A DNA stretch of 64,000 nt from NCBI GenBank assembly GCA_977017575.1, contig CDRNVI010000091.1:19111-83110 (forward strand), read 5' to 3'. Source of the stretch: Paramoeba atlantica (Eukaryota; Protista; Discosea). The notes under the pieces are model-generated. The model was given only the letters and a program-made list of their open reading frames with translations, searched no databases and was not told the DNA's origin. Made by a program: the position numbers and the translations under genes. Below, in pieces: positions 21,744 to 33,037 of the stretch. Positions within the stretch are counted from its first letter, which is position 1; each line of letters opens with the position of its first letter.

Positions 21744-24700
21744 TTGTATATTCTTCCTTTTCATCGCCATTTCCCTTTCTTTTCTCTCGCACTCCACTAT
21801 TCAACTCTCCTTCCTCCCACCTTTCCACACCCTCTCCCCTTCCCCCTCCCCTACCCCATGCCCTCCACCCACCCCCCTTCTCCTCCCCCCGTCCCCCTCC
21901 CCCACAACCCCTCCCCCCCTCCCCCCCACTACACCCTTCCCACCACCTCCACCCACACCCGAACCCGATCCGCCTCCTCCTCCCGTCCCACAACCACAAC
22001 CACCACCTCATCACACCGTCCCTCCCGTCCCCTATCCTCTCGTGTCGTCCCAACTCCCCCCACCACAAAACCCACCAACCACACCGTCACCTCGACCTCA
22101 CGGGCAGCAGCAACCACCACAGCAGCAACCACCACAGCAACCACCACCACAGCAGCAATCACCACCACAGCAGCAACCACCACCACAGCAGCAACCACCA
22201 CAGCAGCCACCACCACCACAGCAGCAACCACCACCACCCTACCCCCTTCCCACCCCCCTCGTTCCCTCTCCTCTCCCTCCGTCCCCCCCCCTTTCCCCTC
22301 CTCCCCCTCCTCCCCCCTCGCCCCCGACCCCCTCCCCACGGCCTACGACCGCAACACCGCCGCCCACCCCCGCCCCCCGGGCTTCACCCATCGCACCCTC
22401 CTCTTCGTCCGCCGCCACGCCCCCCGCCCCCCCCACGAGCTCCCCGCCGCGGCCTACTTCACCGGCACGGGGGTCGTCGACACCCACCCCGCCGTCCACG
22501 CCAGGGCCATGGCCCTTGTCGGGGACGTCGTGTGGGTCGCGGACCGCACCGGGGCCCTGCGCCTGTACGACTTCGCCACCGGCAACCCCCTCCGCACCAC
22601 CCCGGGGAAGCGCAGCATGTTCGTGCTGTGCCTGCTGGAGGTGGGGGTCCACGTGTGGGCGGGGTTCGCGGACGGCATGGTGCGGGTGTTCGACCGGAGC
22701 ACGCTGGAGGTGCTGAAGGAGACCCGGGAGCACGCCGAGGGAGGGGGGGTGCAGGTGATGTGCCACGCGCTGCGGGGGAGGTGTGTGTTTACGGGGAGTT
22801 TGGATTTTTTGATCACCATGTGGGATGCGGTGTCGTGTGAGCGGATGAGGATTTTGCAGGGGCATCGGGGGGCGGTGCGCGCGTTGCAGGTTCACGGGAA
22901 TGTGCTGTACAGTGGCGGGGATGACTGTAGTATTAAGCTCTGGGATCTGTTCTCCGGGTCCTGTTGTGGGAACTGGGAAGGGCATCGAGGGGCGGTGCGT
23001 GCGCTGCTCGGGAGTGGCTCCCAGCTCTGGTCCGCGAGTGAGGATGGTACGGTGCGTATTTGGGATATTGCCACCCCGGATACAGGCTCCCGCGGAGGGT
23101 GTTGTGTGCATCGCATACAGGACCCTCACACGGGGCCTGTGACAGCTCTGCTGCTGGTCGGAAGCAAGGTGTGGAGCGTGTGTCTTGCGACGGTGTTTTT
23201 GTGGGATCTGCGCACGTTTGAGCTCCAAGGCCAGTTTTGCGCCCACACCGGGTATGTCACCGTCTCCGCGGTGATTCACCAAAGTGTGTGTAGTCGGCTG
23301 TGGACCTGTGCGGCCGATGGGGAGCTTAAGGTGTGGAATGCAGAGAGTGCCTGGGGTGGAGCATTGCACGCTGCCACAGACCAACATGCTCAGGAGACGG
23401 AGCTTCATCTGGAGCAGAGTTTAGCGCAGTGCGTGGCAATGCGCGACCGTGCAGGGGAACTCGGGACCGAGCTGCAACGCGTGCGCACACAGCACGCAGC
23501 GTCAGTGGAGGCCGGTCGCCTGTTAGAGAAGGAAAGGAATGCGGCACTGGAAAAGGCAAATACTTTTCATCAAGAATTGACACTGTTGGGGGGCTTGGAG
23601 CAAAAGGCCTCGGAAGCGTTTCAAACGAAGGAGAACGAATGTAAAAGTTTACAACAGCATTTGGACCGACAACAAAAGGAATTGAAAAAGTTTCAAAGGG
23701 GAGAATTGATTTTTTCGGAGCATTCTACGCGGTGTTTTCTTGAACAAGATGAGCAGCGAGCAATGCGTCTCTGTTGGGAAGACTGGAATAACGGGCTATT
23801 GAAAAAATTATGTGATGATCAAAAATTTCACGATGCCTACGTTCGATCTGTTGAAAAGGTTAGACAACATTTGGAAGACGAAAAGCACATGAATAAGGAA
23901 CTGCACAATGTCTGTGTAACGGCGCGTTGCGAAAATACTGAACTTTTAGCAAAGATAGCCGATGCAGAGCACTCTATTGTCATAATGAAAGGTCACAAGG
24001 AGGAATGTGAAGGGGTACGTGCCGATTTGAAAAACGTTGAAAAACAATTAGAGGAAAAAAACGTTGAGGCTACCCATTTCAAACACGAATGTGAGATCTT
24101 TACTATTGAAAGGCATGAGCTTACAGATGCTATACGGAATCTAAAAAATGTTTTGGGCGAGAAACAGAGACTTTTAGATCAGCAAGAGGCTACAACATCC
24201 TCTTTTCTAAAATTAAAAATAGAGCACGGAGAGCAGGCTAGACTCTTCGATAAAACTTTAAAAGAAAATGAGGCATTGCGTGCTGAAAATACAACACTCC
24301 AAACTAAGGCAACAGATTTGCAAGAACTCACAATGACTACGAAGCAAGAATACCATGTAGAGCGGGAAATGTCTCATTCAAAGTTGATGGAGTTACAAAA
24401 AGATAATTGTACACTATCGGACACGAAGGGAGTTTTGCAATCGAGAATTAACAATCTTATTGAAGAAAATGAAGAGCAACGCACATGTATTGAAGCACTC
24501 ATGCACACAATCGATGAAGATAAAAAAGAACTCATTGCCCTGAATATAACGAAAGAATCTCAAGATGAAGCTTTGTCAACCGTTTCAAAAATCGCTGTGC
24601 AATATGTTTCTGAAATAAACTCTGGCCGAGATTCCGTTTCCAGTCGCACATTCGATGAGACTGAAGAGCCTTCCGAAGAACAAACGAAAACAAAGGAAAA

Positions 24701-27700
24701 GAAAAACAATTTTGGGGACATTGCGATACAACGTGTCACAGAGCTTGTTTCATCCCTATACCTGAGGGGAAACAGCGGCGGCCATGCACAAATTTCTCTT
24801 TCCCGAAAGAATATCTCGTCCACATCTGTCTCTATTCCTGATCATACAAATAGAATGGATCCCCTTCATACGAAAATTGATACAATGGAGACAGACGAAC
24901 AGACGCTTAATGAGTATGGCGCGCCTATAACTGTTGAATCTATAAAAAACGAACCGAGTGTCTTCGTGACTGAACAGCAACAATCCATTCTACCCAATGC
25001 GCGCATTTTCACGCAGGGCAGTATTGTTCCACAGTCAGAAATTATGTGTTCTTGTCGATTCGAATCAATCTACGACAAACCTCCAACACTTGTTTCACAG
25101 TCACATGATGGTCTGAAGGCTATATTCAAGCGTGAGAGGCACTTTGATGAATCTCCAATGGATACAAATAGATCTGAACCATCCACATCAAAGCTTACGC
25201 ATCGAACCTTTCGTCGCGTACGAAAGACGAATGTTACGTCCCTACCCGATTCAAAGGAATCACCCTCCTTGATAATCTCGGATCCCGGTTCCGAGAACAC
25301 GAACATTTCAAATGTGCAGCTGCAGGAGAATTCATCGACGAATGCGTCGATTCACGCTTCCTTACTTCAGATTCAAAATCTTCAGCACCTACTTTGCTTT
25401 GGCCTAAAGCTATGCCACGCCGAAAATAACTCTCTTTCCACATGTATTGATGCAGCGACACAAGAGGGTATGAATTCGTTGCATCACTTGACAAAAGCAC
25501 TACAGGAAGTCTTACATCCAGCTGCTACATCTTCATTACCTTTACAGTCTATTCACTCCCCTTCCGAGCTTCAGCTGCACCTTTCCGACTCCATTGACAT
25601 ACCAAAACAAGATTTGGAAGACGCGGAGGAACGTCTGGAACGTTTGAGCGCGGAGAACCAAAAACTTATCCGAACCTTAGAACAACACCGAAAGGAGTGG
25701 CGCGAAGTCTCTACCCAACGTGGCAGCGAGTCTGCTTATCTTGCACCCCAACCTAAGATTGTCTCCGAGTTGTACAAAGAAATAGAAAATCTTCGTGCGC
25801 AATGCACATCCATTGAATCATTCCTAGAAGGCACAATGAACGGAGCAACACGAAAGCTCCGCGAGGCAGAGGCTCGAGAGCGACAGTTTTGTCAGCAATT
25901 AGAAGCGGCACGCCCGAGATCAGTTTCCACAACGGAAGAGAACAGAAAATTACCATCTCCTTCGCTTGTGCCTACACAAATCGAGACTCTCTTCTCGTCG
26001 CCTCCTGACGCTTCTCAGGGCGTTGCCCTCCCCTCTGGCTTTGACTCCGTCTCCTTCACGGGTGGGAAGTGGGAAGAGCTCCTCTCTCAAGATACTTCCT
26101 ACACTTTATTGCGTGCCTTGCTAAAGGATACCGCACTACGCACCGCACACGCCAGAGAGAAGGCTACCCAAGCGGAGAATGACGTTTTGCGTACCCAACT
26201 TTCCTTGTTGGAACATTCTCACGTCAGTTCTGACGTTTCCTCTGTGTGTTTAAATGCCGCGGGCCGATGCAGACTTGTGCGAAATTGCATGTATGACCTG
26301 ACACCCCATGAGGAGAGTGAAGAAAACCTTCCCGGCTCTCCTGAGTTTATCTCTCGCGACTTGGGATTCACCACACCCGATGAGGCTCTCTCTGAAAGCA
26401 TGAAGAAAACAAATAAAATTCGTTCCTTAGCTACGCCCTCTAAAATGGAATGGGTCTCCCAGCCTGCTGCTGTCCCCTCTCTTGGGGGAAAAACCACCCA
26501 CATTTCGACTCCTCTTAAATCGCTTCACGAAAGCGATACTCACCGCGTGCTCCCGATGCTACCTGAGGCCGAAACAAGTCACGTTCCCACCCCTAACAAA
26601 CGATTTGCTACCCGACGTGCTCCCACGCGGCCCGATCTTACCCCCTCCGTGTTACAGCAACAACTCTCCGAGCTTCGGAAGGAGAATCAACGGCTAGCAC
26701 AGGAAATCGACACCCACCGAGCCGCACATGACGCGCAGCTCGCGGAACACAAACAAGCCCTGGAGCATAGCTACGAGCAACGTATTCAGTTTGTGGAGGA
26801 GCATAAAAAGGAGGAAGTTGCTGCGCTGCATAACCTCGTGTCACAGCTGGAGAAGGATTTGACCGCTCAGCGCGTGGGGTCTGAGGCGACGGCTCAGCTC
26901 GTGTCTCGCATCTCACGGATAGAACGTGAACTGCAGATTGAGCGATTTAAAGCGAGTCCAGAGGTTATCGGGGAGGTCAAGATAACGCATGGGGAACCAC
27001 ATCATAGCAAAGGGAATACGGCTGCACAATCTACTCAATCATCCAACACGAAACTTTTACCCGCCAATACGGCACATATACAGACGTTCTATCAGAATCG
27101 CGAGGCAAAGTATCAAACTCTGCTGGAGCTAAACCGTGAGTTAGTGTCGCAGCAGCAAGTACAACTCCATCAGACCTCCTTGGAGAAGACGACAAAACCT
27201 TCCCCCGCACACGCTCGCACAGCGCTCTCCAGCACAATGACCGAAACGTTGACCATGGTGAAAAAACTTCGCGCGCTGGTGTACTACTTTGAGACCCGCC
27301 CCACTTTGCTGCGTTCAATCTACGAGATTCACCAAAGTCTACGAATGCTTCCGAAGTCGCTACACGCTTTTGCACGCGTCGCCGGAGTTCGCCCTTTGAG
27401 CCGCACCGAGGCACTTTCCCAGATTCAGGAGTTCCAGACTCAGGTGGAAGGAATTCGCCAGGGCTCCTGCTGGGTTCTTGGGAATCTCTTCACGTCGTAC
27501 GAGTTGCAGCACATTGGCGCCTCCCCGGCTGTATTTCAGCCACAAGGGTTGCGCCCGACGTGGCGGGATATTACCCTCCCGGAGCGAGTATCGCGTATGG
27601 TGCATCAATCGGTGCTACCCATCGCGCAGTCGGCATCTCAGGCGCACATCTCGGCTCGGAGTGAGCGCAGTGTCAGTACTCAAAGTGTCCGTAGTCGATC

Positions 27701-27722
27701 TCACTCGAGTGCGAGGAGATAG
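21744..27722 (+). CDS. WD40-repeat plus long coiled-coil protein (1992 aa)
   Basis: GHRGAVRAL...SGGDDCSIKLWD and SASEDGTVRIWD repeats followed by heptad-rich E/K/Q segments. P/T/A low-complexity N-terminus. Confidence 0.85.
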   Translation: MYILPFHRHFPFFSLALHYSTLLPPTFPHPLPFPLPYPMPSTHPPSPPPVPLPHNPSPPPPHYTLPTTSTHTRTRSASSSRPTTTTTTSSHRPSRPLSSRVVPTPPTTKPTNHTVTSTSRAAATTTAATTTATTTTAAITTTAATTTTAATTTAATTTTAATTTTLPPSHPPRSLSSPSVPPPFPSSPSSPLAPDPLPTAYDRNTAAHPRPPGFTHRTLLFVRRHAPRPPHELPAAAYFTGTGVVDTHPAVHARAMALVGDVVWVADRTGALRLYDFATGNPLRTTPGKRSMFVLCLLEVGVHVWAGFADGMVRVFDRSTLEVLKETREHAEGGGVQVMCHALRGRCVFTGSLDFLITMWDAVSCERMRILQGHRGAVRALQVHGNVLYSGGDDCSIKLWDLFSGSCCGNWEGHRGAVRALLGSGSQLWSASEDGTVRIWDIATPDTGSRGGCCVHRIQDPHTGPVTALLLVGSKVWSVCLATVFLWDLRTFELQGQFCAHTGYVTVSAVIHQSVCSRLWTCAADGELKVWNAESAWGGALHAATDQHAQETELHLEQSLAQCVAMRDRAGELGTELQRVRTQHAASVEAGRLLEKERNAALEKANTFHQELTLLGGLEQKASEAFQTKENECKSLQQHLDRQQKELKKFQRGELIFSEHSTRCFLEQDEQRAMRLCWEDWNNGLLKKLCDDQKFHDAYVRSVEKVRQHLEDEKHMNKELHNVCVTARCENTELLAKIADAEHSIVIMKGHKEECEGVRADLKNVEKQLEEKNVEATHFKHECEIFTIERHELTDAIRNLKNVLGEKQRLLDQQEATTSSFLKLKIEHGEQARLFDKTLKENEALRAENTTLQTKATDLQELTMTTKQEYHVEREMSHSKLMELQKDNCTLSDTKGVLQSRINNLIEENEEQRTCIEALMHTIDEDKKELIALNITKESQDEALSTVSKIAVQYVSEINSGRDSVSSRTFDETEEPSEEQTKTKEKKNNFGDIAIQRVTELVSSLYLRGNSGGHAQISLSRKNISSTSVSIPDHTNRMDPLHTKIDTMETDEQTLNEYGAPITVESIKNEPSVFVTEQQQSILPNARIFTQGSIVPQSEIMCSCRFESIYDKPPTLVSQSHDGLKAIFKRERHFDESPMDTNRSEPSTSKLTHRTFRRVRKTNVTSLPDSKESPSLIISDPGSENTNISNVQLQENSSTNASIHASLLQIQNLQHLLCFGLKLCHAENNSLSTCIDAATQEGMNSLHHLTKALQEVLHPAATSSLPLQSIHSPSELQLHLSDSIDIPKQDLEDAEERLERLSAENQKLIRTLEQHRKEWREVSTQRGSESAYLAPQPKIVSELYKEIENLRAQCTSIESFLEGTMNGATRKLREAEARERQFCQQLEAARPRSVSTTEENRKLPSPSLVPTQIETLFSSPPDASQGVALPSGFDSVSFTGGKWEELLSQDTSYTLLRALLKDTALRTAHAREKATQAENDVLRTQLSLLEHSHVSSDVSSVCLNAAGRCRLVRNCMYDLTPHEESEENLPGSPEFISRDLGFTTPDEALSESMKKTNKIRSLATPSKMEWVSQPAAVPSLGGKTTHISTPLKSLHESDTHRVLPMLPEAETSHVPTPNKRFATRRAPTRPDLTPSVLQQQLSELRKENQRLAQEIDTHRAAHDAQLAEHKQALEHSYEQRIQFVEEHKKEEVAALHNLVSQLEKDLTAQRVGSEATAQLVSRISRIERELQIERFKASPEVIGEVKITHGEPHHSKGNTAAQSTQSSNTKLLPANTAHIQTFYQNREAKYQTLLELNRELVSQQQVQLHQTSLEKTTKPSPAHARTALSSTMTETLTMVKKLRALVYYFETRPTLLRSIYEIHQSLRMLPKSLHAFARVAGVRPLSRTEALSQIQEFQTQVEGIRQGSCWVLGNLFTSYELQHIGASPAVFQPQGLRPTWRDITLPERVSRMVHQSVLPIAQSASQAHISARSERSVSTQSVRSRSHSSARR

Positions 27723-28099
27723 AGGCTGCTTGGGCTTCGTATTTTTTGGGTCGCTTTTCATAATGTTCTAGCAATACGTTTTTAGCAATAGATACACATG
27801 TAGACAAGGAATAGAATAACTTTTTAGAGGCACATATTTTCCTGTGCCGTGTAGGGTCTTACTTGCGTAGAGGTCTCTTGTGATATATTACGTGGTGGTC
27901 TATCGTATAGAGTTTTACTGAATCACGTATTTGAGAAAACATGAAGTGGTACGGTTTTTTTTGACCCCCTCCATCTATTAGCGTTGCTTTTTAGCAAGAT
28001 CTGGCAACGCTAAGAGGGAAGGATGCCTCTCTTTCTTAACCTCTTCCTCCATCTTCATCTCTCGTTCTACTTATTTTTTTGTAAAATACCGCCTATCTA

Positions 28100-28858
28100 A
28101 TGCCCCTCCTTGTACGCAGCTCTGATCGCCCTCCCCGACGCTCCGCTCCCAGCCGTGTTGATCGAACGCTCCTCCCCATGGAGATACGTCTCGAGGCCCT
28201 CATCGCTCCTCTACAAACCCCCCACCCTAGCTGGAAATCAACCACCTCCAAGCTATTCTTTGGCACAGTCCCTGTTTCGATCTGCGCATGGCATGGTGTG
28301 GTTTGTGAATCCGATAAAACCCCGGTCTCCATGGATTGGAGCTTTCTGCAGCTCCAGGGGAACCTCTCTTTGGGTTACCTCCCGCTGAGCATTCATACAC
28401 TGTATCTCATGGGAAACGAGCACCTCTCCGGGGATATTCCTTGCGCGCAGCTCCCGCCCTCGCTACGGCATCTCGAGGCGGATAAGTGTGCATTCGTGGG
28501 AGAGCTCGATTTGTCGTGTCTTCCACAGTCCTTGGTGAATTTCTCCGTGGAGTGTAATTACCTCTCCGGCACGGTGGTGTTGTCCCACCTACCTGTCTCG
28601 CTTCGAAGGCTAGTGTTACGAAACAACGAGTTTCACGGTCCCATCTCCCTCGCCCATCTGCCCCCGCACCTTGAGGTTCTCCGTCTGGACACGAATCACT
28701 TCAATGGAGTGGTTGATTTGACTCCACTACTCCGTCGGGGGGCGGTGCGACGGCTTATTTATCTTCACCAGAACAACTTTGCGGGATACACCCCAGAACT
28801 AGAAGAGCTTCCGGAAGGGGTGTGTTGGAAACCTCAGACGGTGTCCATGTGTACTTGA
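28100..28858 (+). CDS. Leucine-rich repeat protein
   Basis: ICAWHGVVCE cap and LRRLVLRNNEFHG repeats. N-terminal SRVDRTLLP motif is shared loosely with the other LRRs. Confidence 0.88.
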   Translation: MPLLVRSSDRPPRRSAPSRVDRTLLPMEIRLEALIAPLQTPHPSWKSTTSKLFFGTVPVSICAWHGVVCESDKTPVSMDWSFLQLQGNLSLGYLPLSIHTLYLMGNEHLSGDIPCAQLPPSLRHLEADKCAFVGELDLSCLPQSLVNFSVECNYLSGTVVLSHLPVSLRRLVLRNNEFHGPISLAHLPPHLEVLRLDTNHFNGVVDLTPLLRRGAVRRLIYLHQNNFAGYTPELEELPEGVCWKPQTVSMCT

Positions 28859-30180
28859 CCCACAGTGTGGTCATACAAACTAGTTTAAATTGAGGGAGAT
28901 ACTACCCCCTCGCTACCGTATATTAATTCACACCCTGGGGGTAAGTGGACTTATTGTCGATGAAAGTAATCAAAGGTGCTATTGCAATAAACTAGCTTTT
29001 TGTCAAGTCTTCAACTGTTATACCTTATCCTTGATGATGATGAACTGGGCCGTTTGACTCCGAAGAGTTATGGGCCCTCGACTCTCCAAGTGGGAAGGTC
29101 CGATAAATCGGTCGAAGTCAGCCACAGCAAGCTGTGACTGGCGCTCCACTTGGAGAGGAGAAGTTCTTCCCGTAGGGAATCCAATGAACAAAGCTCGGAT
29201 AGGTGGGGTTCGCTACTCCCCAACGTGGCTCAAGAAAGTTGAACCACGACCCTGCCTAATATTTTGGCTGTGCATGGATTTTACCCTAGTTTCTTGGCGT
29301 CTTTTTTTGTTGACACCGGGTAACTCCATGCGCGGGAAATACCTCTGCCCTAGTTGTTTAGCACTTTGTTGTGTCGGTGCCGGGCAGTTTCTTTCCGCGA
29401 TATTCCTCACACCCTAGTTCTGTAGCGCCTTGTTTTATTGGCGCCGGGTGCGGGAATAAAAGGGCGGGAGGTAACACAAGGGGCGGCACAGAGAGCGCAA
29501 GAGAGGGCGGCACAGGGGGCGACGCAGGGAGCGGAAGAGAGGGCGGCACGGGGAGCGGCACAGGGGGGGGAATGTTAAAAAACGCATGTCCCATGGCGAC
29601 GTTTTAGACGGATATAGGCCACTGTGCAAGTTTACCCTCCCTGTGGGTGCCACAGGATGGCACGAAATGGCACAGGATGGCACGACGAGTCTAGTTTTAG
29701 GAATCTTCATCCTCCTAAGTAGCATTTTAAATTGGAGTAAATTTTCGGATGCTCTTTTGCACTGTAGTTTTGCATATTGTCTGATAATTCATAATTTGGG
29801 GGTGTATTTACGTCACGAGTGTGGAGTTAAGTAAGCACAATCTTCCAGCTACCCTAATCTTCTCTTGCGAAAAAAGCGCGGTTGTAGTGATGATGACCAT
29901 TTCTACTTAGACCATTTCATTGTTTATGATAAGAATTGTACGGAAAGAACGGCTTCTTCTGATTCTCTTCACCTCACTATCATGACTGAACAATGGAGAG
30001 AGTAGAATTTACAAGACTATTGTCATTTCGACCATGAAATACATATATACAACTGTATGTACAACTACAAGGCGGGATATAGAATTGGTGATACTCACAC
30101 TAAATTTTTGGACTAGCAGATAATTACACTGAACAATGTAGTAATCGGTAGTAATTTACCACATCGAATACTCCAGGGCA

Positions 30181-30593
30181 TGTAAATCCGACATTTGCGT
30201 GCGGGAAATCACTCGTAGGCATGAATGAAAGCCTACCGAACGTATTGGGTAGAGAATACGACTCCAACCGCACCATTCTTTCAACACGAAAAGGCCTTCT
30301 TCTCCTAGGGGAAAAGGTCATGATGACACAAATGGCGAAAAGCTTGGGTCCGAGCAAAGCTTCTCGCGAATGGGAAAGAGTTCATGGTACGTTTCACTCA
30401 ATTTTCTTTGTGAAATGAGTGACTAAATGAAACTTTTCTTCAATGGGCGTGTTTTTTTAGCAAACAGTAAGAATTGGCAAAGTTTGGTAAAAAAGTGAAC
30501 ATATGTTGTGGCAACATACGTTGTGTCAACAAAAGTCGTGTTAATCCCAGAAATTAACACGACTTTTGTTGACACAACTTAATTTCCCCCCTG
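30181..30593 (+). mobile_element. Chimeric repeat: fragment of the hairpin-ended element (30181-30295) plus an internally deleted copy of the pogo-like element at 53901-54774
   Basis: 30296-30395 matches the reverse complement of about 54470-54570, and 30396-30593 matches the reverse complement of 53901-54085. It ends CCCCCCTG|TA and contains a perfect 26-bp stem GTTGTGTCAACAAAAGTCGTGTTAAT with a 7-nt loop. Confidence 0.8.
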
Positions 30594-30599
30594 TATCGC

Positions 30600-31622
30600 T
30601 ATTGCGAATGTTGCACTTTCTTTGAAACAAAGAAAGGAAAGAAAAGGGCATGTGTTACCCTCAAGCACAGTGCTAGCAAGCACAAAAGTGAAGCTCAGAT
30701 TTACGAGCAATGGCAACATTGTGTTGCTAAAGAAGGTGAATTATACACCTGCAAAGAATGTGCAAAAGCGAGCATTCGGGTGGAACTGACAGTTCCCCTG
30801 ATGAAGCGGCACTTACAGGAACATTCAAAAGGATTACACACCATTTGTGAACTTTGTTCCTTTTTTCAAGAATTCATGGGAAAACCCCCCGTTTTGAGCG
30901 TACCGTATCACAACAAGTGCGTGAAACACAAGCGTGAAAAAGAAATTTTTGACGCATGGAAAAACCTTCGAATTGAAGGTGACATTGCCAATGGCTTTCG
31001 ATGCACAGCATGTGCAGGAACATATGGCGATCAAAACCCTGAGAGTCACATTTTCAAGTATGACGACATGCGTAAACATGTTTTAGAACATAGGCGCGGG
31101 GATCATTCCCATTGCAAAGAATGCTCCTTCTTCGAGGAGTTGCAAGGGAAACCTCCCATACGATGTACTCGAAATCACCTCTCTAGTAAGAATCACCTTA
31201 CCGAGAAGGCATTGTATGACATGTGGATGGACCTTGAGGTGCAAGGTACCATGTCTGCAGGCTCTCAATGCACGAAATGTGCTACAACACAGGATCGAAA
31301 CCCTTCGTCATACACGTTTATGTACGACTGCATGCGCAAACATGTTTTCGAACATGGGCGCGGAGACCACGACATTTGTGAAGCATGCTCCTTTTTCGTG
31401 GGTACGCAAGGACAACGTCCTATCTTGAAAACTCGAGATCATATTTCGAGTATCAGCCACGAACACGAACAGCAACTGTTCGAACTGTGGAACGAGCTTC
31501 CCATAGCTCACGCAAGCTCGGGCACGGAAGCCGGTTACAAGTGTCTTGCGGATGCTTGTTCCGGTGAAGTGATGAGCCTCGGCGCTGCAAGAAAGCACGT
31601 CGAAAAAAGCAGGGGTCCCTAA
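30600..31622 (+). pseudogene. 5'-truncated tandem array of about 73-aa double zinc-finger units
   Basis: The frame is open from 30600 (YCECCTFF...). Units read CxxC..Y..MRKHVxEHxxGxH..CxxCSFF...G.PP...H..S..H. The 5' end abuts a TA-flanked element end. Confidence 0.75.
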
Positions 31623-31665
31623 AACTTTAAAAACTTTATTATAGTACTTTTATAGTACTAGAAAC

Positions 31666-32128
31666 TTTTTTAGGCTCTTCGTTAAACGCGGTGGTTGTTT
31701 TCAACTTAGAAGTCACTCATGCTATGCGCTTCACGTTGAAAACTACCACCGCGTTTAACGAAGAGCCTAAAAAAGAAAAATATCCAAAAGATCATGAATA
31801 ATCTACTTTTTTGGAGGTAAAAGCTCGATTTTTCGGCAAAGATTGCGAAAATTTACACCGAATTTGGGCTATTTTGGATGCCTTCCCAGTAGGGGCAGGA
31901 GTCGAATCTGTCGATAAAAACGTCGTAGAATGGTAGCTGAGGTCCCAAACTCTTAAAATACGATTTAGGAGTCGATTTGGGAAAAATAATATTTTTACTT
32001 TTTTTGGGTCAAAAAATCTTTTGGGTCAAAAATCTTTTTTGGTCACCCTAAAAATTTCGGAATTTTTGACCTTTTCGGACCCCTCCTGCGCGTACCAGGC
32101 GGGGGGGGTACCCCCAGGGGGTATGGAA
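31666..32128 (-). repeat. Divergent-subfamily copy of the hairpin-ended element (reverse orientation)
   Basis: 121-bp-type hairpin at 31666-31780, then a diverged core that is the reverse-complement homologue of 44588-44825. GC block 32066-32128 is paralogous to the main unit. Confidence 0.8.
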
Positions 32129-33037
32129 AATTGCGGTGGTTGTAAAACTACCGCTCTACACTCGATTATTGAAAAAAAAGTGAACAAAAACAGTGAAAAT
32201 ATAAAGAGGAACACAGTAATATAATAGAAGAAAAAAATATAAAAGGGGGCTCCGGTGGTCCAAAACTGAAAAAAAAATTTGAAAAAAATGGGGGGTCCAG
32301 GGGGGGGGTCCAGGGGGGGGGTCCAGGGGGGGGGGGGCATGGTCGAGCAAATTTTTTCGAAAAAATTAGTTTTCGAAAAAAAACCGCAGAAAGGGTAGCC
32401 GGGGTCTTGGCGCGCATTTTCCACCCCCCTACCCGGGGGTGACCCCCCCGCGTATCCGCAGGACGGGTCCGCCAAGTTCGGATTTTTTCGGAAAAAATTT
32501 TTTGAAAAAAATTTCAACTTGGCGAAAAAAATGACAAAAAAAATATTTTTCCAAAATCGTTTCCCCTATTGTATTTTGATAGTTTGGGACCTACACTAGC
32601 TTTCTACGCAGTTGTTTTCGCAAGGTATCACTTCTTCGAACTGTGGTGCGCCCCCCAAAATGACCCATTTTTGACTAAAAAAGGTGAAAAAGTATTTTTC
32701 GGACCTAAAGGGGCATTTTTGTGTCGAAAGAATGGTATGGTTGGAGTCGCATTCTCTACCCAATACGTTCGGTAGGCTTTCATTCATGCCTGCGAGTGAT
32801 TTCCCACGCGCAAATGTCGGATTTAGTGCTCTGAGAGCAAAAATATGCGAAAATGACCCCATTTGTACCCGAAATTCGGCTATTTTTGGCTATAATGTTT
32901 CCGTTTTCCAGGCTAAATTTTCTTTTTTAGGCTCTTCGTTAAACGCGGTGGTGGTTTTCAACTCGGAGAGCGTAGCATGAGTGACTTCTAAGTTGAAAAC
33001 AACCACCGCGTTTAACGAAGAGCCTAAAAAAGAAAAT
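32128..33037 (+). mobile_element. Non-autonomous Helentron-like (HINE/DINE-like) element, complete copy
   Basis: 5' ATTGCGGTGGTTGTAAAACTACCGC stem-loop, (G)nTCCA microsatellite, conserved core, and a 3' 121-bp hairpin (46-bp arms, 29-nt loop) at 32917-33037. Confidence 0.75.

Noticed and set aside
29070-29834. ORFs of 65-115 aa at the start of the strand-switch region
   Set aside because: No recognisable motifs and no strand consistency, so they cannot be supported as genes.
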